DNA from: Squalus acanthias
Taxonomy: Eukaryota
Length of the DNA: 64,000 nucleotides
Assembly: GCA_030390025.1 (NCBI GenBank)
Contig: JASTWF010000338.1
Location: forward strand, 310,001 to 374,000
Reading direction: 5' to 3'
Each line of letters opens with the position of its first letter. The stretch's first letter is position 1. Below the pieces are notes generated by a model. It was not told where the DNA came from, did not search any database, and saw nothing but the letters and a program-made list of their open reading frames with translations. Shown here in pieces: positions 1 to 12,070 of this stretch. The position numbers and the translations under genes were made by a program.

Positions 1-1940
1 CAGCGATGTCCTGGGGCTGAGATGATTGGCCTCCAACAACCACAGCCATCTTCCTTTGTGCCAGGTATGATTCCAGCCAGTGGAGACTTTTCCCCCCAGT
101 TCCCATTGACTTCAATTTTACTAGGGCTTCTTGATGCCACACTCGGACAAATGCTGCCTTGATGTCAAGGGCAGTCACTCTCAACTCACTTCTGGAATTC
201 AGCTCTTTTGTCCATGTTTGGACCAAGGCCGTAATGAGGTCTGAAGCCGAGTGGTCCTGGCAGAACACAAACTAAGCATCGGTGAGCAGGTTACTGGTGA
301 GTAAGTGCCGCTTGATAGCACTGCCGACGACACCTTCCATCACTTTGCTGATGATTGAGCATAGACTGATGGGGCGGTAATTGGCCGGATTGGATTTGTC
401 CTGCATTTTGTGGACAGGACATACCTGGGCAATTTTCCACTTTGTTGAATAGTGCTGTAGCTGTACTGGAACAGCTTGGCTAGAGGCATGGTTTGTTCTG
501 GAGCACATGTCTTCAGCACGATAGCCAGGATGTTGTCAGGGCCCACAGCCTTTGTTGTATCCAGTGCGCTCAGCGGTTTCTTGATATCACGTGGAGTGAA
601 TCGAATTGGCTGAAGACTGGCTTCTGTGATGGTGGGGACTTCAGGGGGAGGCCGATATGGATCATCCACCTGGCACTTCTGGCTGAAGATGGTTGCAAAC
701 ACTTCTGCCTTGTCTTTTGAACTCGCGTGCTGGGCTCCACTATCATTGAGGATGGAGATGTTCATGGAGCCTCTTCCTCCCGTTAGTTGTTTAATTGTCC
801 ACCACCATTCACGACTGGATGTGGCAGGACTGCAGAGCTTTGATCTGATCCATTGGTTGTGGGATCACTTAGCTCTTTCTATAGCATGCTGCTTCCGCTG
901 TTTAGCATGCATGTATCCTGTGTTGCAGCTTCACCAGGTTGCCACCTCATTTTTAGGTACACCTGGTGCTGCTCCTGGCATACTCTTCTACATTCCTCAT
1001 TAAACCAGGGCTGGTCCCCTGGCTTGATGGTAATGGTCGAGTGAGGGATATGCCAGGGCATGAGGTCACAGATTGTGGTGGAGTACAATTCTGCTGCTGC
1101 TGATGGCCCACAGCGCCTCATGGATGCCCAGTTTGAGCTGCTAGATCTGTTCTGAATCTATCCCATTTAGCACGGTGGTAGAGCCACACAACACGATGGA
1201 GGGTGTCCTCAGTGTGAAGATGGGACTTCGTCTCCACAAGGACTGTGCAGTGGTCACTCCATGGACAGATACATCTGCGACAGGTAGACTGGTGAGGATG
1301 AGGTCAAGTAGGTTTTTCCCTCGTGTTGGTTCTCTCACCACCTGCTGCAGGCCCAGACTGGCAGCTATGTCCTTCAGGAATCGGCCAACTCGGTCAGTAG
1401 TGGTGCTACCGAGCCACGCTTGGTGATGGACATTGAAGTCCCCCACCCAGAGTACATTCTGTGCCCTTGCTACCCTCAATGCTTCTTCCAAATGTTGTTC
1501 AACGTGGAAGAGTACTGATTCATCAGCTGAGGGAGGGCGGTAGGTAGTAATCAGCAGGAGGTTTCCTAGCCCATGTTTGACCTCATGCCATGAGACTTCA
1601 TGGGGTCCAGAGTCAATGTTGTGAACTCCCAGGGCCACACCCCACTGTGTCAGCACCTCTATTGGGTCTGTCCTGCTGGTGGGACAGGACATACTCAGGG
1701 TTGGAGATGGAAGAGTCTGGAAGGTATGATTCTGTGAGTATGACTATGTCAGGTTGTTGCTTGACTAGTCTGTGGGACACTTCCAATTTTGACACAAGTC
1801 CCCAGATGTTATTGAGAAGGACTTTGCAGGGTCGACTGGGCTGGGTGCGCCTTTGTCGTGTCCGGTGCCTAGGTCGATGCCGGGTGCTCCGTCCGGTTTT
1901 ATTGTTAATGTACTTCTTTGTCGGGGTTTGGTACAATTGA
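1..1940 (-). mobile_element. Decayed non-LTR retrotransposon (CR1/Jockey group, here LINE-A), endonuclease-RT ORF, runs off left edge
   Basis: Minus ORF fragments carry APE motifs (PDIVILTES, TTYRPPS, VGDFNVHH, EPTRGKNLLDLIL) and RT N-terminal motifs (KAVGPDNI, NYRPISLCSIISKVME); multiple frameshifts. Confidence 0.92.
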
Positions 1941-2210
1941 ATGGCTTGCTCGGTTATTTCAGAGGGCAGTTAAGAGTCAACCACATTGCTGTGGGTCTGG
2001 AGTCACATATAGGCCAGACTGGGTAAGGACAGCAGATTTCCTTCTCTAAAGGACATTAGTGAACCAGATGGGTTTTTACGACAATCCGATAGTTTCATGG
2101 TCACCATTACTGATACTAGCTTTTTATTCCAAATTGATTTAATTAACTGAACTTAAATTCCCCAACTGCCGTGGTGGGATTTGAACTCATGTCTCCCGAT
2201 CATTAGTCCA

Positions 2211-2549
2211 TGATGTGGAGATGCCGGTGTTGGACTGGGGTGGACAAATGTGAGAAGTCGCACAACACCAGGTTATAGTCCAACAGCTTTATTTGAAATC
2301 ACAAGCTTTCGGAGCGCTGCTCCTTCGTCAGGTGAAGTGAAGAGATGCATATAGGCACAGCATATATAGTCAGAGAACACTGCCAGATGATTACAGTTAA
2401 TCTTAACTCTGGCAGTGTTCTCTGACTATATATGCTGTGCCTATATGCATCTCTTCACTTCACCTGACGAAGGAGCAGCGCTCCGAAAGCTTGTGATTTC
2501 AAATAAAGCTGTTGGATTATAACCTGGTGTTGTGCGACTTCTCACATTT
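2211..2549. mobile_element. Penelope-like element terminal-repeat (pLTR) insertion arranged as a long inverted repeat
   Basis: 143-bp arms 2245-2387 and 2408-2550 with one mismatch seen; flanked by GATCATTAGTCCA at 2198-2210 and 2550-2562; hammerhead core in each arm. Confidence 0.85.
2460..2496 (+). ncRNA. Minimal type I hammerhead ribozyme motif (mirror copy on minus strand at 2299-2335)
   Basis: tcac-CTGACGA-a-ggagc/agc/gctcc-GAAA-gctt-gtga: CUGANGA and GAAA core, 5-bp stem II, palindromic AAGCTT stem III, tcac/gtga stem I. Confidence 0.8.
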
Positions 2550-2592
2550 GATCATTAGTCCAGGCCTCTGGATTACTAGCCCAGCAACATAA

Positions 2593-2730
2593 AAACGAAA
2601 GACTTGCATTTCTATAGCACCTTTCACGACCTCAGGATGTCCCAAAGTGCTTTACAGCCAATGTGGGAAATGTGGCAGCCAATTGCGCACAGCAAGCTCC
2701 CACAAACAGCAATGTGAGAATGACCAGATA
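2593..2730 (-). mobile_element. 3' fragment of Deu-domain tRNA SINE (SacSINE1-like)
   Basis: Matches the 3' part of the full copies at 11625-12070 and 55556-56025. Confidence 0.8.
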
Positions 2731-3261
2731 ACCACGATGCTACCGTACCCCTATTGTAGCTGTGTACTATACACACACACACATTAAAAACTAACTCACA
2801 TTGGCATCTTCAGCATTTGAGGTTTAGTTGCAACAGCCAGCTCTTCTCTGAAGCTCACAAGCATTTCTATAAATCGGATTATTGCAGAGCTAACAGGACC
2901 AGCGGTGTTTATATCCGATGCCTTTGAACCGCTTTACATTGGCCATTATACAGTAACAGCTGGAAGAAACACCGCATGTCCTTCAAAGTCATTAAACGAA
3001 CAGATTTTAATGTCTGCAGTGCATTCTGCATGAAATGTTTTTTAGATTTGTTCAAACGCACTTTAGCGCACACATCACATCAATGAGATTTTCTCGGAGA
3101 ACAACTTGCAGCGACATCAGAGACCTGGGAGCCCCTCCATCCCTGTCCCCCTGCAGATTATTGATTCTACAATTTACTCACGTTTCTTACCGAGAAACTA
3201 TTTTTCCTTTTCTCTCACAACAATCTGCAGCACAGCAGTAAAAACAGAGGTTGCTACTTGC

Positions 3262-3336
3262 CTGCGAAGCCTGTGATGGGTAAAGGCAGGAGAGTACCAG
3301 GTACAGAAAAAGGCTGTACTGAATCCCAGGAACCAT
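3262..3336 (-). CDS. Candidate first coding exon encoding a signal peptide (MVPGIQYSLFLYLVLSCLYPSQASQ) of an unidentified gene continuing off the left edge
   Basis: ATG in gatATGG context, hydrophobic core followed by small residues, CAG|GCAAGT GC-type donor; GC box GGGGCGGG about 340 bp upstream; non-repetitive context. Confidence 0.4.
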
Positions 3337-4602
3337 ATCGCCTCTGCTCCTTTACTCTTAGGGAATGCCTTCAAGATCTGCACGTGTGTGGGTTTTTTTC
3401 TCCCCCCCGCCCTACACCGGGAAAACTCCTAGCTTTCGCTGGCAGGACCATTCACATTGGGCTCATTGTGGAGTCAGTCAGTTTCACTCCCTGGACAGGA
3501 TGACGGCAGGTGGGAGTTCAGCAAAGTCTTTCAAGGGAGCTTCTTTTCCAGACTCGACTGAATCCACATACTCAGGTTTGTTCCCTTGCTGCGGGACGGG
3601 AGTTGATCTCCACTGGACTGTGTGGTCAGGGTGAAGGATTGCTTTGGTCTCAGGTTCCTGTCAGAATGATATTGTCCCGCCCCTTTAAGGAGCTGGAGGG
3701 CTGGTGGAATTTAGACAAAAAAAATTGCTTCAACTTTACAGCTATTATTATCTTAAGGTAGCAAATCGCGCTTTAAACAATGACCTTCCTTGATTATACA
3801 CGTTAGTGACAAGGGCTACATCATAACAACAACAAAATAAGTATGTTGTCAAATAAGGACTGATTTACAACTGGTTTATCTGCGCACACATACATGTAAA
3901 TGTGAAAACAGAATATTGTAAGGGTTCTATGTACACTGTGGATTTATACAACGAACGATTTATGTTGCTTTCAGATTTCAAAATTGAGCCCCACAGACTG
4001 AGAATGTTAACAATAAAAGTTTACATTAACTGCATTCGTGCTTTTAAAACATTATCAAAATGGTCAGTGATAAGGTATCTTTTTAGCCTCAACAGGGATT
4101 AGAAAAATATTTTGACGTGAATCCTGTCAAATGGCAACATGTTCCCTGCTTATCTTTTAAATTCCAATTACTATGCACTTATAAGAAATATTAGATGTAG
4201 CAAAATCTATGTAATGATGCAGCACCTTATCACATGCAAAGCGTTTGATGACAAATGGAACAATTTTCAAGTGCAGTTTCACACACAGCAAATGAGATGA
4301 AATGAACCTTTAAGCTGCTTTTGGTGTCTTTGGTCGAGGGGAAAAGGTTAGGACAGTGGGAGAATTCCCGGCTCTTTTCAAGTAAGGATTAGGGGATGGG
4401 TGGGATGCTGGGCGGGTGGTTTAGTCTGTTTCCGACTACTGCCCTGTTACAAAGCCTTAAATGTAGCGTGTGTGTTTTTTAAGTACCTATTCGGCATATG
4501 GATACATAATGAAATCACATTTCCCCTTCGTTTGAAACCGTTCTGCCAGGACTCCTGAATCAACATTGCAAAATACGTGTGACTCAATTGTCCCTCGTGT
4601 CC

Positions 4603-4893
4603 ATGAACATATCACCTGTATTGTATTGATTAAAGCAGTGATATTAGATTACTGCCTATCAGATTTCTATTGTGAGTTACTGCTCTCTATATCCAGCTAA
4701 GAAAAAACCTTCCTGGGCTGTTTGATATGAAACGAATTCACCAGAAGGAGAGGAATGCTGCTGCTGCTAGTTTAACAGCCCAGAAAGGTTTTCTCTTTGC
4801 TGGATAGAGAGAGCAGATACTCACAATAGAAAGCTGATAGGCGGTAATCTAATATAACTGCTTTAATTAATACAATACAGGTGATATTTTCAT
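4603..4893. repeat. Diverged ~290 bp palindrome (old MITE-like or hairpin element)
   Basis: Arms ~4603-4723 and ~4772-4893 are reverse complements with scattered mismatches (atatcacctgtattgtatt / aatacaatacaggtgatat). Confidence 0.75.
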
Positions 4894-5414
4894 TTTCCAG
4901 AAATGCGCACTTGAATTGACACCCATCTATGATATATATATTAAAAAGTGTACATTTATATGTGATTTCTGTTTGTAAAACCTTACTTCCTATTGTGACA
5001 TCTTTGTCATACTTTTATGTCAACTTGTTCCCATTATAATTACTGTGCCCACATTTGCCTATGTAAACATGTCACACTGTAATGACACCCTCCTGACAAT
5101 GGTGGCGCTGTAGAGCCTCAGTTTTCCAGCTCCCTGCTCCTCAGCCAACTCCTATGTCCCAGGCAACTGTACTTCACTCCTTCCCAAACTACCACTGCTT
5201 TTGCTGTTTAAAAATCAAAATATTAGATACAATTAAGAACAGAATGTATGACTTTAAAACGAGGATGATGTCTGCCCACTGTGGTCCAGTTATCACCTGC
5301 TCTCTAACCCCACTTCACTTGAAGACTACCCTTAATCTTGACTCCCCATGTGCAATGCCACCGATGGTCGACTAGTATAATAGCTGAAAAAATGCCAAGG
5401 GTTTTTTCATATCC

Positions 5415-5700
5415 TCCATTTATATAGCACCTTATCACGTCTCTCAGAAATACCTCAACACTTCACAAACAATGGATTACTTTGGCAGGCAGCGAACCTA
5501 TGCACACAGGAAGATCCCAAAAACAGCAGTGAGATGAATGACCAGTTAATCAGGCTGTGGTGGTGTTGGTTGAGGGAGGAATACTGGCCAGGTCACTGGA
5601 ATAGCTCCCTTCTTCGCTTACAATACGGGAGCTTTTAACATTCACGCAAAAGGCAGGATGGACATCAGTTTTAATGCCTATTCGGAGGGCAGGGAGATCA
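5415..5700 (-). mobile_element. Old, degraded Deu-domain SINE (an even more decayed trace at ~4215-4385)
   Basis: Recognisable blocks atttatatagcacct, gttggttgaggga, tggccagg shared with 11625-12070. Confidence 0.55.
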
Positions 5701-6941
5701 CTTCAGGAGTGGATCACCATTCATAACAGCGGCGAAGCTGGATGGAGGAATTCCAGCCCCACAATCTTTTTTTGCTCAAAGGTACCCCTAAAATGCTTTG
5801 TAAAACTGATTATCCTCGTGCTGTACGTGTGTGGATTGAGACGGTGGTGGTGGGGTGGTGGGGGCTGCCTCATTGTCCACATGAAGCAGGACCCACCTAA
5901 GGTCCAGATTGATTGAAGTTAGGCTACCCATTAATGGCTCATCGTGAGTGGGTGGAGTGACTGTCCAGACACTGAGAGAAGGTGGCTGACCCAGGGCTAA
6001 TTGGACACAAAGAGGAGGTTAGCTTGAAGGCTGGGTTGCAGTCTAGCCAAATGTGATGGCTAGCAGTGCCCTCCGCTGGTTGTTATCTGGAAGGACTCCA
6101 CAATAAATAATCGACTTCAGAAACACAGCTGGTGAGCGTCCTCTGCCGGACAAGAGGAAGTGGCGACAAGGTTCTGGCTTAAAGGGGCAGGCATGGACAT
6201 AAGGTTGACAGATTCAAAACTGTTCTGTGGTGAGATCCTACACTGTTTCTTTTGTGAACATCCAAGCTAATGGGAATCAGCAACATATTTCAAAAATCAA
6301 CAGGGGTGTTTAGAGAGAGGGTCGCTTGGTTCCCCAGTGACTGTAGCTCCAGATTGTACTGATGTGTTTGTCGAACTGAAATTCTTCAGGTTGGAGGTTT
6401 CTCCAGCCCTGGAAATGGACGGACTAATGGATGATACACAGAAGAATGGAGAGAGAGTGGAGTTACTGAAGAAAAGGTTAGTGCTGGAATCAGGATTGCA
6501 GAGATTGAGAACTCAGTTACTCATCAACCTGAAACATTGGCCCCCCATCTTTACTGGGGTGAGATTTCAAAGCAGGAGGGAGGAGTTCTGGTTGGGCGTG
6601 GTTTTTTTTTCAACATCATTCGCACCCGGAAGCCAGCCTGATTGACAGTGGGGGGGGGGCGGGGGGCGGGGGGGGGAAGGCTGCAGAAAAAGCAGCAGCC
6701 CAGGAACAGGGATAGAGATCGCAGGGGGTGGTGGTGGGGTGGGTACAGCGTGGCTTCGAGGGTCGGGGTGTTGGCGAGAGATTGGGGCAGAGATGAGGGC
6801 ATCGGGAAGGTCGGTGATCACCGGGGGATCAGTGATCGTGGTGGGGATGCGGGGGGAGGGGGGATCTGATTGTGGGGGGGGCTCCGATCCGGGGAATGAG
6901 GCAGGTTAGCTTGGGGGCTGGGGGGAAGCACACTTGCTCCT

Positions 6942-7550
6942 ATAAGAGCAGGGAGGTTATGATGGAGCTGTACAAAACGCTAGTTAGGCCACAGCTGGAA
7001 TACTGTGTGCAGTTCTGGTCGCCACACTATAGGAAGGATGTGATTGCATTGGAGAGGGTGCAGAGGAGATTCACCAGGATGTTACCTGGCTGGAGTGCTT
7101 CAGCTATGAAGAGAGACTGGACAGGCTGGGGTTGTTTTCCTTAGAGCAGAGAAGGCTGAGGGGGGACCTGATTGAGGTGTACAAAATTATGAGGGGCATA
7201 GATAGGGTAGATAGAAAGGAACTTTTCCCCTTAGTAGAGGGGTCAATAACCAGGGGGCATAGTTTCAAGGTAAGGGGCAGGAGGTTTAGAGGGGATTTGA
7301 GGAAAAACTTTTTCACCCAGAGGGTGGTTGGAATCTGGAACTCACTGCCTGAAAGGGTGGTAGAGGCAGGAACCCTCACAACATTTAAGAAGCATTTAGA
7401 TGAGCACTTGAAACGCCATAGCATACAAGGCTACGGACCAAGTGCTGGAAAATGGGATTAGAATAGACAGGGCTTGATGGCCGGCGCGGACACGATGGGC
7501 CGAAGGGCCTCTTTCTGTGCTGTATAACTCTATGACTCTATGACTATGAC
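6942..7550 (+). mobile_element. CR1 LINE 3' fragment, same subfamily as 59270-60468
   Basis: [29 protein letters not shown]; tail of tctatgac repeats. Confidence 0.95.
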
Positions 7551-7860
7551 TCCTACTGGCCCACAAGCTGGAAAGGCACTTCCAGCCTGTTCCTGTTCCA
7601 TGCAGCAATCCTCCCTTTAGCACCGGGGGAAACCCGGCCAGCCAGCGTTAAAGCTGGACGAGAGATCAAATCTGAGGCACACACCCTCATTAAAATATTT
7701 AAATCAGCAACCTGCCTCCTGGGAGCGGGTTGGTTGCCCGTCCCCCGTCCCACCACCGTTAACACTGGAAGTGGGCGGGCTCGAGGCGGGTTTGACAATT
7801 TTTAAATTTTCACATCCCACCCGAAACCCACCCGTTTTGCGGGGTTAGAATTACCCCCAA

Positions 7861-7941
7861 AGATGCTGCCTGACCTGCTGAGTGTTTCCAGCCTTTTCTG
7901 TTTTTATTTCTGATTTCCAGCATCCGCAGTATTTGGCTTTT
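7861..7941 (+). mobile_element. Penelope-like pLTR fragment without the ribozyme core
   Basis: agatgctgcctgacctgctgagt...ttccagcatccgcagtatt matches 47410-47485 (reverse complement) and 50325-50372. Confidence 0.75.
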
Positions 7942-8109
7942 GACTCACTTGCTTACTTGATGTAGCACGGGAATACACAGCTAATAAACTGCCAACACCT
8001 GACAACCTATGTGCAAGATCCTTGATCAGAACCAAGTAAAATTGGTTCCACATCCCCAATGGCCAAGTGAGTCTATGCCGACTGGGACAGGCCCAGGCCC
8101 AGGCCCAAT

Positions 8110-8415
8110 CCCCGTCTGTGCGGAGTTAGCTGGCGTCCAACTGGACAGCGGTAACAGGGCTACAGTACCTCTGGGATCGGAAATGGGAAATCAGCCAGGG
8201 TTCCCCACTGCTGATTGTTATCCGGCAAACTCTGCTGGAAGCGGACCTGTGTAGATGTTAGGAAAGGAGATGATTGGGCTCCGCCGTGATGCCCCTTGTG
8301 GTCAAATACCAACACTAACTGTCAAAGCTCACACACGATTAATGGGTAAGGTACCAGGGAGGGACCAGCACTCAAAGAACTAAAGTCAATGCCTTTAAGA
8401 GGAGTGGGAAGAAAA
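8110..8415 (+). mobile_element. Old unclassified SINE-like repeat (possibly related fragment at ~60910-61020)
   Basis: Weak similarity between the two loci (tctgtgc..g.t.g.tg..); A-rich 3' end; family not assigned. Confidence 0.35.
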
Positions 8416-9219
8416 AGAAAATTGTTCTAATTTTCATCCAGTAAAAATGAATGCACCAGAGGACTGACAGTTCCACACGGCTAATGCAACTTATATCTTT
8501 AAGAAACAAATTGTCTACTATTTAGCAGTTTTGATTTAATGAAATCTTTACCTTTTTTTAATAAATTGATGGTGTCCTGTATTTATTCTTAATTCTTCAC
8601 ACGGTCTAATTCAAATCATTAACAATGCTTTTTTTCCCAGCTTTTTGAATTTGACAGGTCGCCCACCAGTTTCCCGCAGTGCCTAGACCTTGTCTTTGAA
8701 GCTGAGGCAGGAGGTCATTGGCCATTGAATCAGATGTTGAGTTGACAGCTTCAGATGTCAAGTCAAAGCTCCCCGCTGATTGAGAAATGTTCCCTTAACC
8801 ACTAGTTTCTCTAAACTGCATTTCCACTACAGATTCACAAGTCTCCATCCAGTCTGACCTTATTAGCTCTCCCACCATTGACAGATCGCTTCTGTCATCT
8901 CTATTTCACCTGCCATCTATTCCATCAGCATGGGTGTACTTTATATTGTCTCACCTTGGTCCTCAGAATCTGACCACGATCAGCCCCAACACCAGCATCA
9001 CCAGGCACACCAGCAGCACCAACAATCACACCAACCTTCTCCGCAATCACCTGATGCTGCACAGGACAGAGGGCATCAGCACCCGACCACATTTCTGCCT
9101 GGGTCGCCAGGGATGGCCTCAACAGTGCCACATTTCACGCTGCACACCCTGGCTGCCACATGATGTGCCAGGTTGGCACCATCCCACACCAACAACATAA
9201 TGCATCCCTACAATGTCCA

Positions 9220-10008
9220 AGCCAAAGAAAAGCAGAGTATTTTTTGAATGGTGAGAGATTGGGAAATATTGGTATTCAGAGGGACCTGGGTGTCCTTGTA
9301 CATGAATCACTGAAAGTTAACATGCAGGTACAACAGCAAGCAATTAGGAAAGCAAATGGTATGTTGGCCTTTATTACAAGAGGATTTGAGAATAAGAGTA
9401 AAGACGTCTTACTGCAATTATATAGGGCCCTGGTGAGACCAAACCTGGAGTATTGTGTACAGTTTTGGCCTCCTTACCTAAGGAAGGATATACTTGCCAT
9501 AGAGGGAGTGCAACGAAGGTTCACCAGACTGGTTCCTGGGATGGGGGATTGTCCTATGAGGACAGATTGAGTAGACTAGGCCTACATTCTCTAGAGTTTA
9601 GAAGACTGAGAGGTGATCTCATTGAAACATACAAAATTCTTACAGGGCTTGACAGGGTAGATGCAGGGAGGATGTCTCCCCTGCCTGGGGAGTTTAGAAC
9701 CAGGGGTCACAGTCTCAGAGTATGGTGTCGGCCATTTAGGACTGAGATGAGGAGAAATTTCTTCACTCAGAGGGTGGTGAATCTTTGGAATTCTCTACCC
9801 CAGAGGGCTGTGGAGGCACAGACGTTGAGTATATTCAAGACAGAGATCGATAGATTTTTGAATATTAAGGGAATCAAGGGATATGGGGATAGTGCAGGAA
9901 AGTGGAGATGAGGTAGAAGGTCAGCCATGATCTTATTGAATGGCGGAGCAAGCTGAAAGGGCCAAATTGCTTATTCCTGCTCCTATTTCTGATGTTCTTA
10001 TGTTCTTA
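9220..10008 (+). mobile_element. CR1 LINE 3' fragment
   Basis: [31 protein letters not shown]; ttcttatg tail. Confidence 0.95.
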
Positions 10009-10425
10009 TTCCTATCACACTCATCACCATTGCGGGGGGTACCGTTATGTCTAACCATTCACTGCAACTCACTAAGCCACTTCCAAAGGTGCGCACAAAT
10101 CTGTCCAAGAACGCAAAGTGTTGAAAATAAAGATTTCAATGTTTGACGGCACATTAACAGAAACTTCACATGAACATTGGCTCAAACACACAAGTGCCTA
10201 CCCTTGTGTGTTGTTAGTTAGTATGATTGGACTAGGATGAGGGTGAGTGTGAGGGGTGGCTAGTGAGATGGGGATGTGATAATATAGATAGAGAGGGATG
10301 GGTGGAGTTGCAAGGTAAGTTGGTGTGCGTAAGGATGTGCAGGAGTTGGGTAGGGAAGGCAGAGTGATGGGGATGTAATGAGTGGCACAGCAGGATGAGG
10401 TTGAGTGTGGCTTTGCAGTAACGAT

Positions 10426-10650
10426 TCGTGATCTACTGAGATCATTGAAAGGTTTGCGCCACTGCAGCCTGGTCCTCCTGATGATGCTCCTGCTTGTGTC
10501 CTCCTGTGCAATGTGCAACCAGGCTGCGTTGGTCTCCTGGGGAGGTCTCTTCCGCCCATTGGAAGGGAAGAGGACCTCCTTGCGTGCTGTGACTCCCTCC
10601 ATAAGCATATGGAGGGAGTCATGGAAGAGCCTGGGTGCAGCCGTGCACCT
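10426..10650 (-). pseudogene. Myb/SANT-like DNA-binding domain of Harbinger/NAIF1 type, degenerate
   Basis: AAPRLFHDSLHMLMEGVTARKEVLFP...TNAAWLHIAQE..S.....RTRLQWRKPFNDL follows the trihelix pattern (W..IA..V, R...QCRK.FNDL). Confidence 0.7.
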
Positions 10651-11624
10651 CTGTGCAGTGCTTGTCAGTGTTTGCAGCACTTCAATGCTGTAGAACACTG
10701 AAAGCACAAATGTCAAAGTAAATGTTGTTATAAAACACATTTTGTTGTGCACTTGAGTAGTAACAAATTCAGTCTTCTGGTTATAATCATTTTATTCTTT
10801 AACTTCAGTATTAAAAGCAATTTACAACCTGAGTATTGTCACAGATAAGTGTGCGAACCTAGGCATGGGTCCTGTCTCGTACTGCTTAAACAAATGAAAA
10901 AGCTTATATTTATACACTGTTTTCTTATCAAACTGGAACTGGCATTGCCTAATATGGTAGTCTCTGGCTACAGCATAGTCCAGAGATACAAGGCTACATT
11001 TTCTTCAACATGCTGTGGTAAGCCTAACCGTTCTAGTTTCTAGACATTCTTACCATAAATAAACATATCCAAGGCTGGTTGGTTGCGAACACCAGCAGTT
11101 GCTAAGTGAAATCTGTATCTCTCTCTCACTCTATCTCTCTCTCTAATGATGCCATCCACCTTTTTTTCCTATATTCAATGAACTAAACATGAACACCTTT
11201 CAGAAGCTGAATTAACCGAGTTCCATATGCCAACACTTTGTATCTCACTCATGCTGTACCTGCCCTGGGCGTGTTTGATGGGGACAGTGTAGAGGGAGCT
11301 TTACTCTGTATCTAACCCGTGCTGTACCTGGCCTAGGAGTGTTTGATGGGGATAGTGTAGAGGGAGCTTTCCTCTGTATCTAACCCGTGCTGTACCTGCC
11401 CTGGGAGTGTTTGATAGGACAGTGTAGAGGGAGCTTTACTCTGTATCTAACCGTGTTGCAGCTGGCCTGGGAGTGTTTGATAGGACAGTGTAGAGGGAGC
11501 TTTACTCTGTATCTACTCATGCTGTACCTGCCCTGGGAGTGTTTGATAGGACAGTGTAGAGGGAGCTTTACTCTGTATCTACTCATGCTGTACCTGCCCT
11601 AGGAATGTTTGATGGGATAGTGTA

Positions 11625-12070
11625 AAGAAAGACTTGCATTTACATAGCGCCTTTCACGACCACCGGACATCTCAAAGCTCTTTACAGCCAATGAAGTACT
11701 TTTGAAGTGGAGTCACTGTTGTAATGTGGGAAACGCGGCACAGCAAGCTCCCACAAACAGCAATGTAAAAATAACCAGATAATCTGTTTTTGTTACGTTG
11801 GTTGAGGGAAAAATATTGGCCACGACACCGGGGATAACTCCCCTACTCTTTTTCAAAACAGTGCCATGGGATCTTTTACTTCCACTGGAGAGCAGACAGG
11901 GCCTCGGTTTAACATCTCACCTGAAAGACTGCACCTCCGACAGTGCAGCACTCAGTACTGCACTGGAGTGTCAACCTAGCTTTATGTGCGCAAGTTCCTG
12001 GAGTGGGACTTGAACCCACAACCTCCTAACTCAGAGGCAAGTGTGCTACCAACTGAGCCACAGCTGACAC
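11625..12070 (-). mobile_element. Full-length Deu-domain tRNA SINE (SacSINE1/AmnSINE1-like) inserted in the minisatellite
   Basis: A box TGGCTCAGTTGG, B box GGTTCAAGTCCC, Deu block gttaaaccgaggccc...aaaagatcccatggcac; TGTA duplicated at 11621 and 12071. Confidence 0.9.

Larger units (their letters stand above)
1941..2750 (-). mobile_element. tRNA-derived SINE-like head/body contiguous with the 5' end of LINE-A, interrupted by two insertions
   Basis: After removing inserts 2211-2549 and 2593-2730 the minus strand reads ggggtacggTAGCATCGTGG (A box) ... GAGTTCAAATCCC (B box); a related body fragment is at 59110-59200. Confidence 0.75.
8930..10720. mobile_element. PIF/Harbinger DNA transposon remnant, interrupted by a CR1
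   Basis: Minus-strand Myb/SANT-like domain at 10426-10650; the Q/H-rich plus-strand start at 8930 is only tentatively the transposase N-terminus. Confidence 0.55.

Noticed and set aside
6550..7860. Defined DNA transposon around the G-rich tract and CR1
   Set aside because: Ends ggggtgagatttc and gaattaccccc are only weakly complementary and no TSD could be fixed; probably TE-derived but not callable
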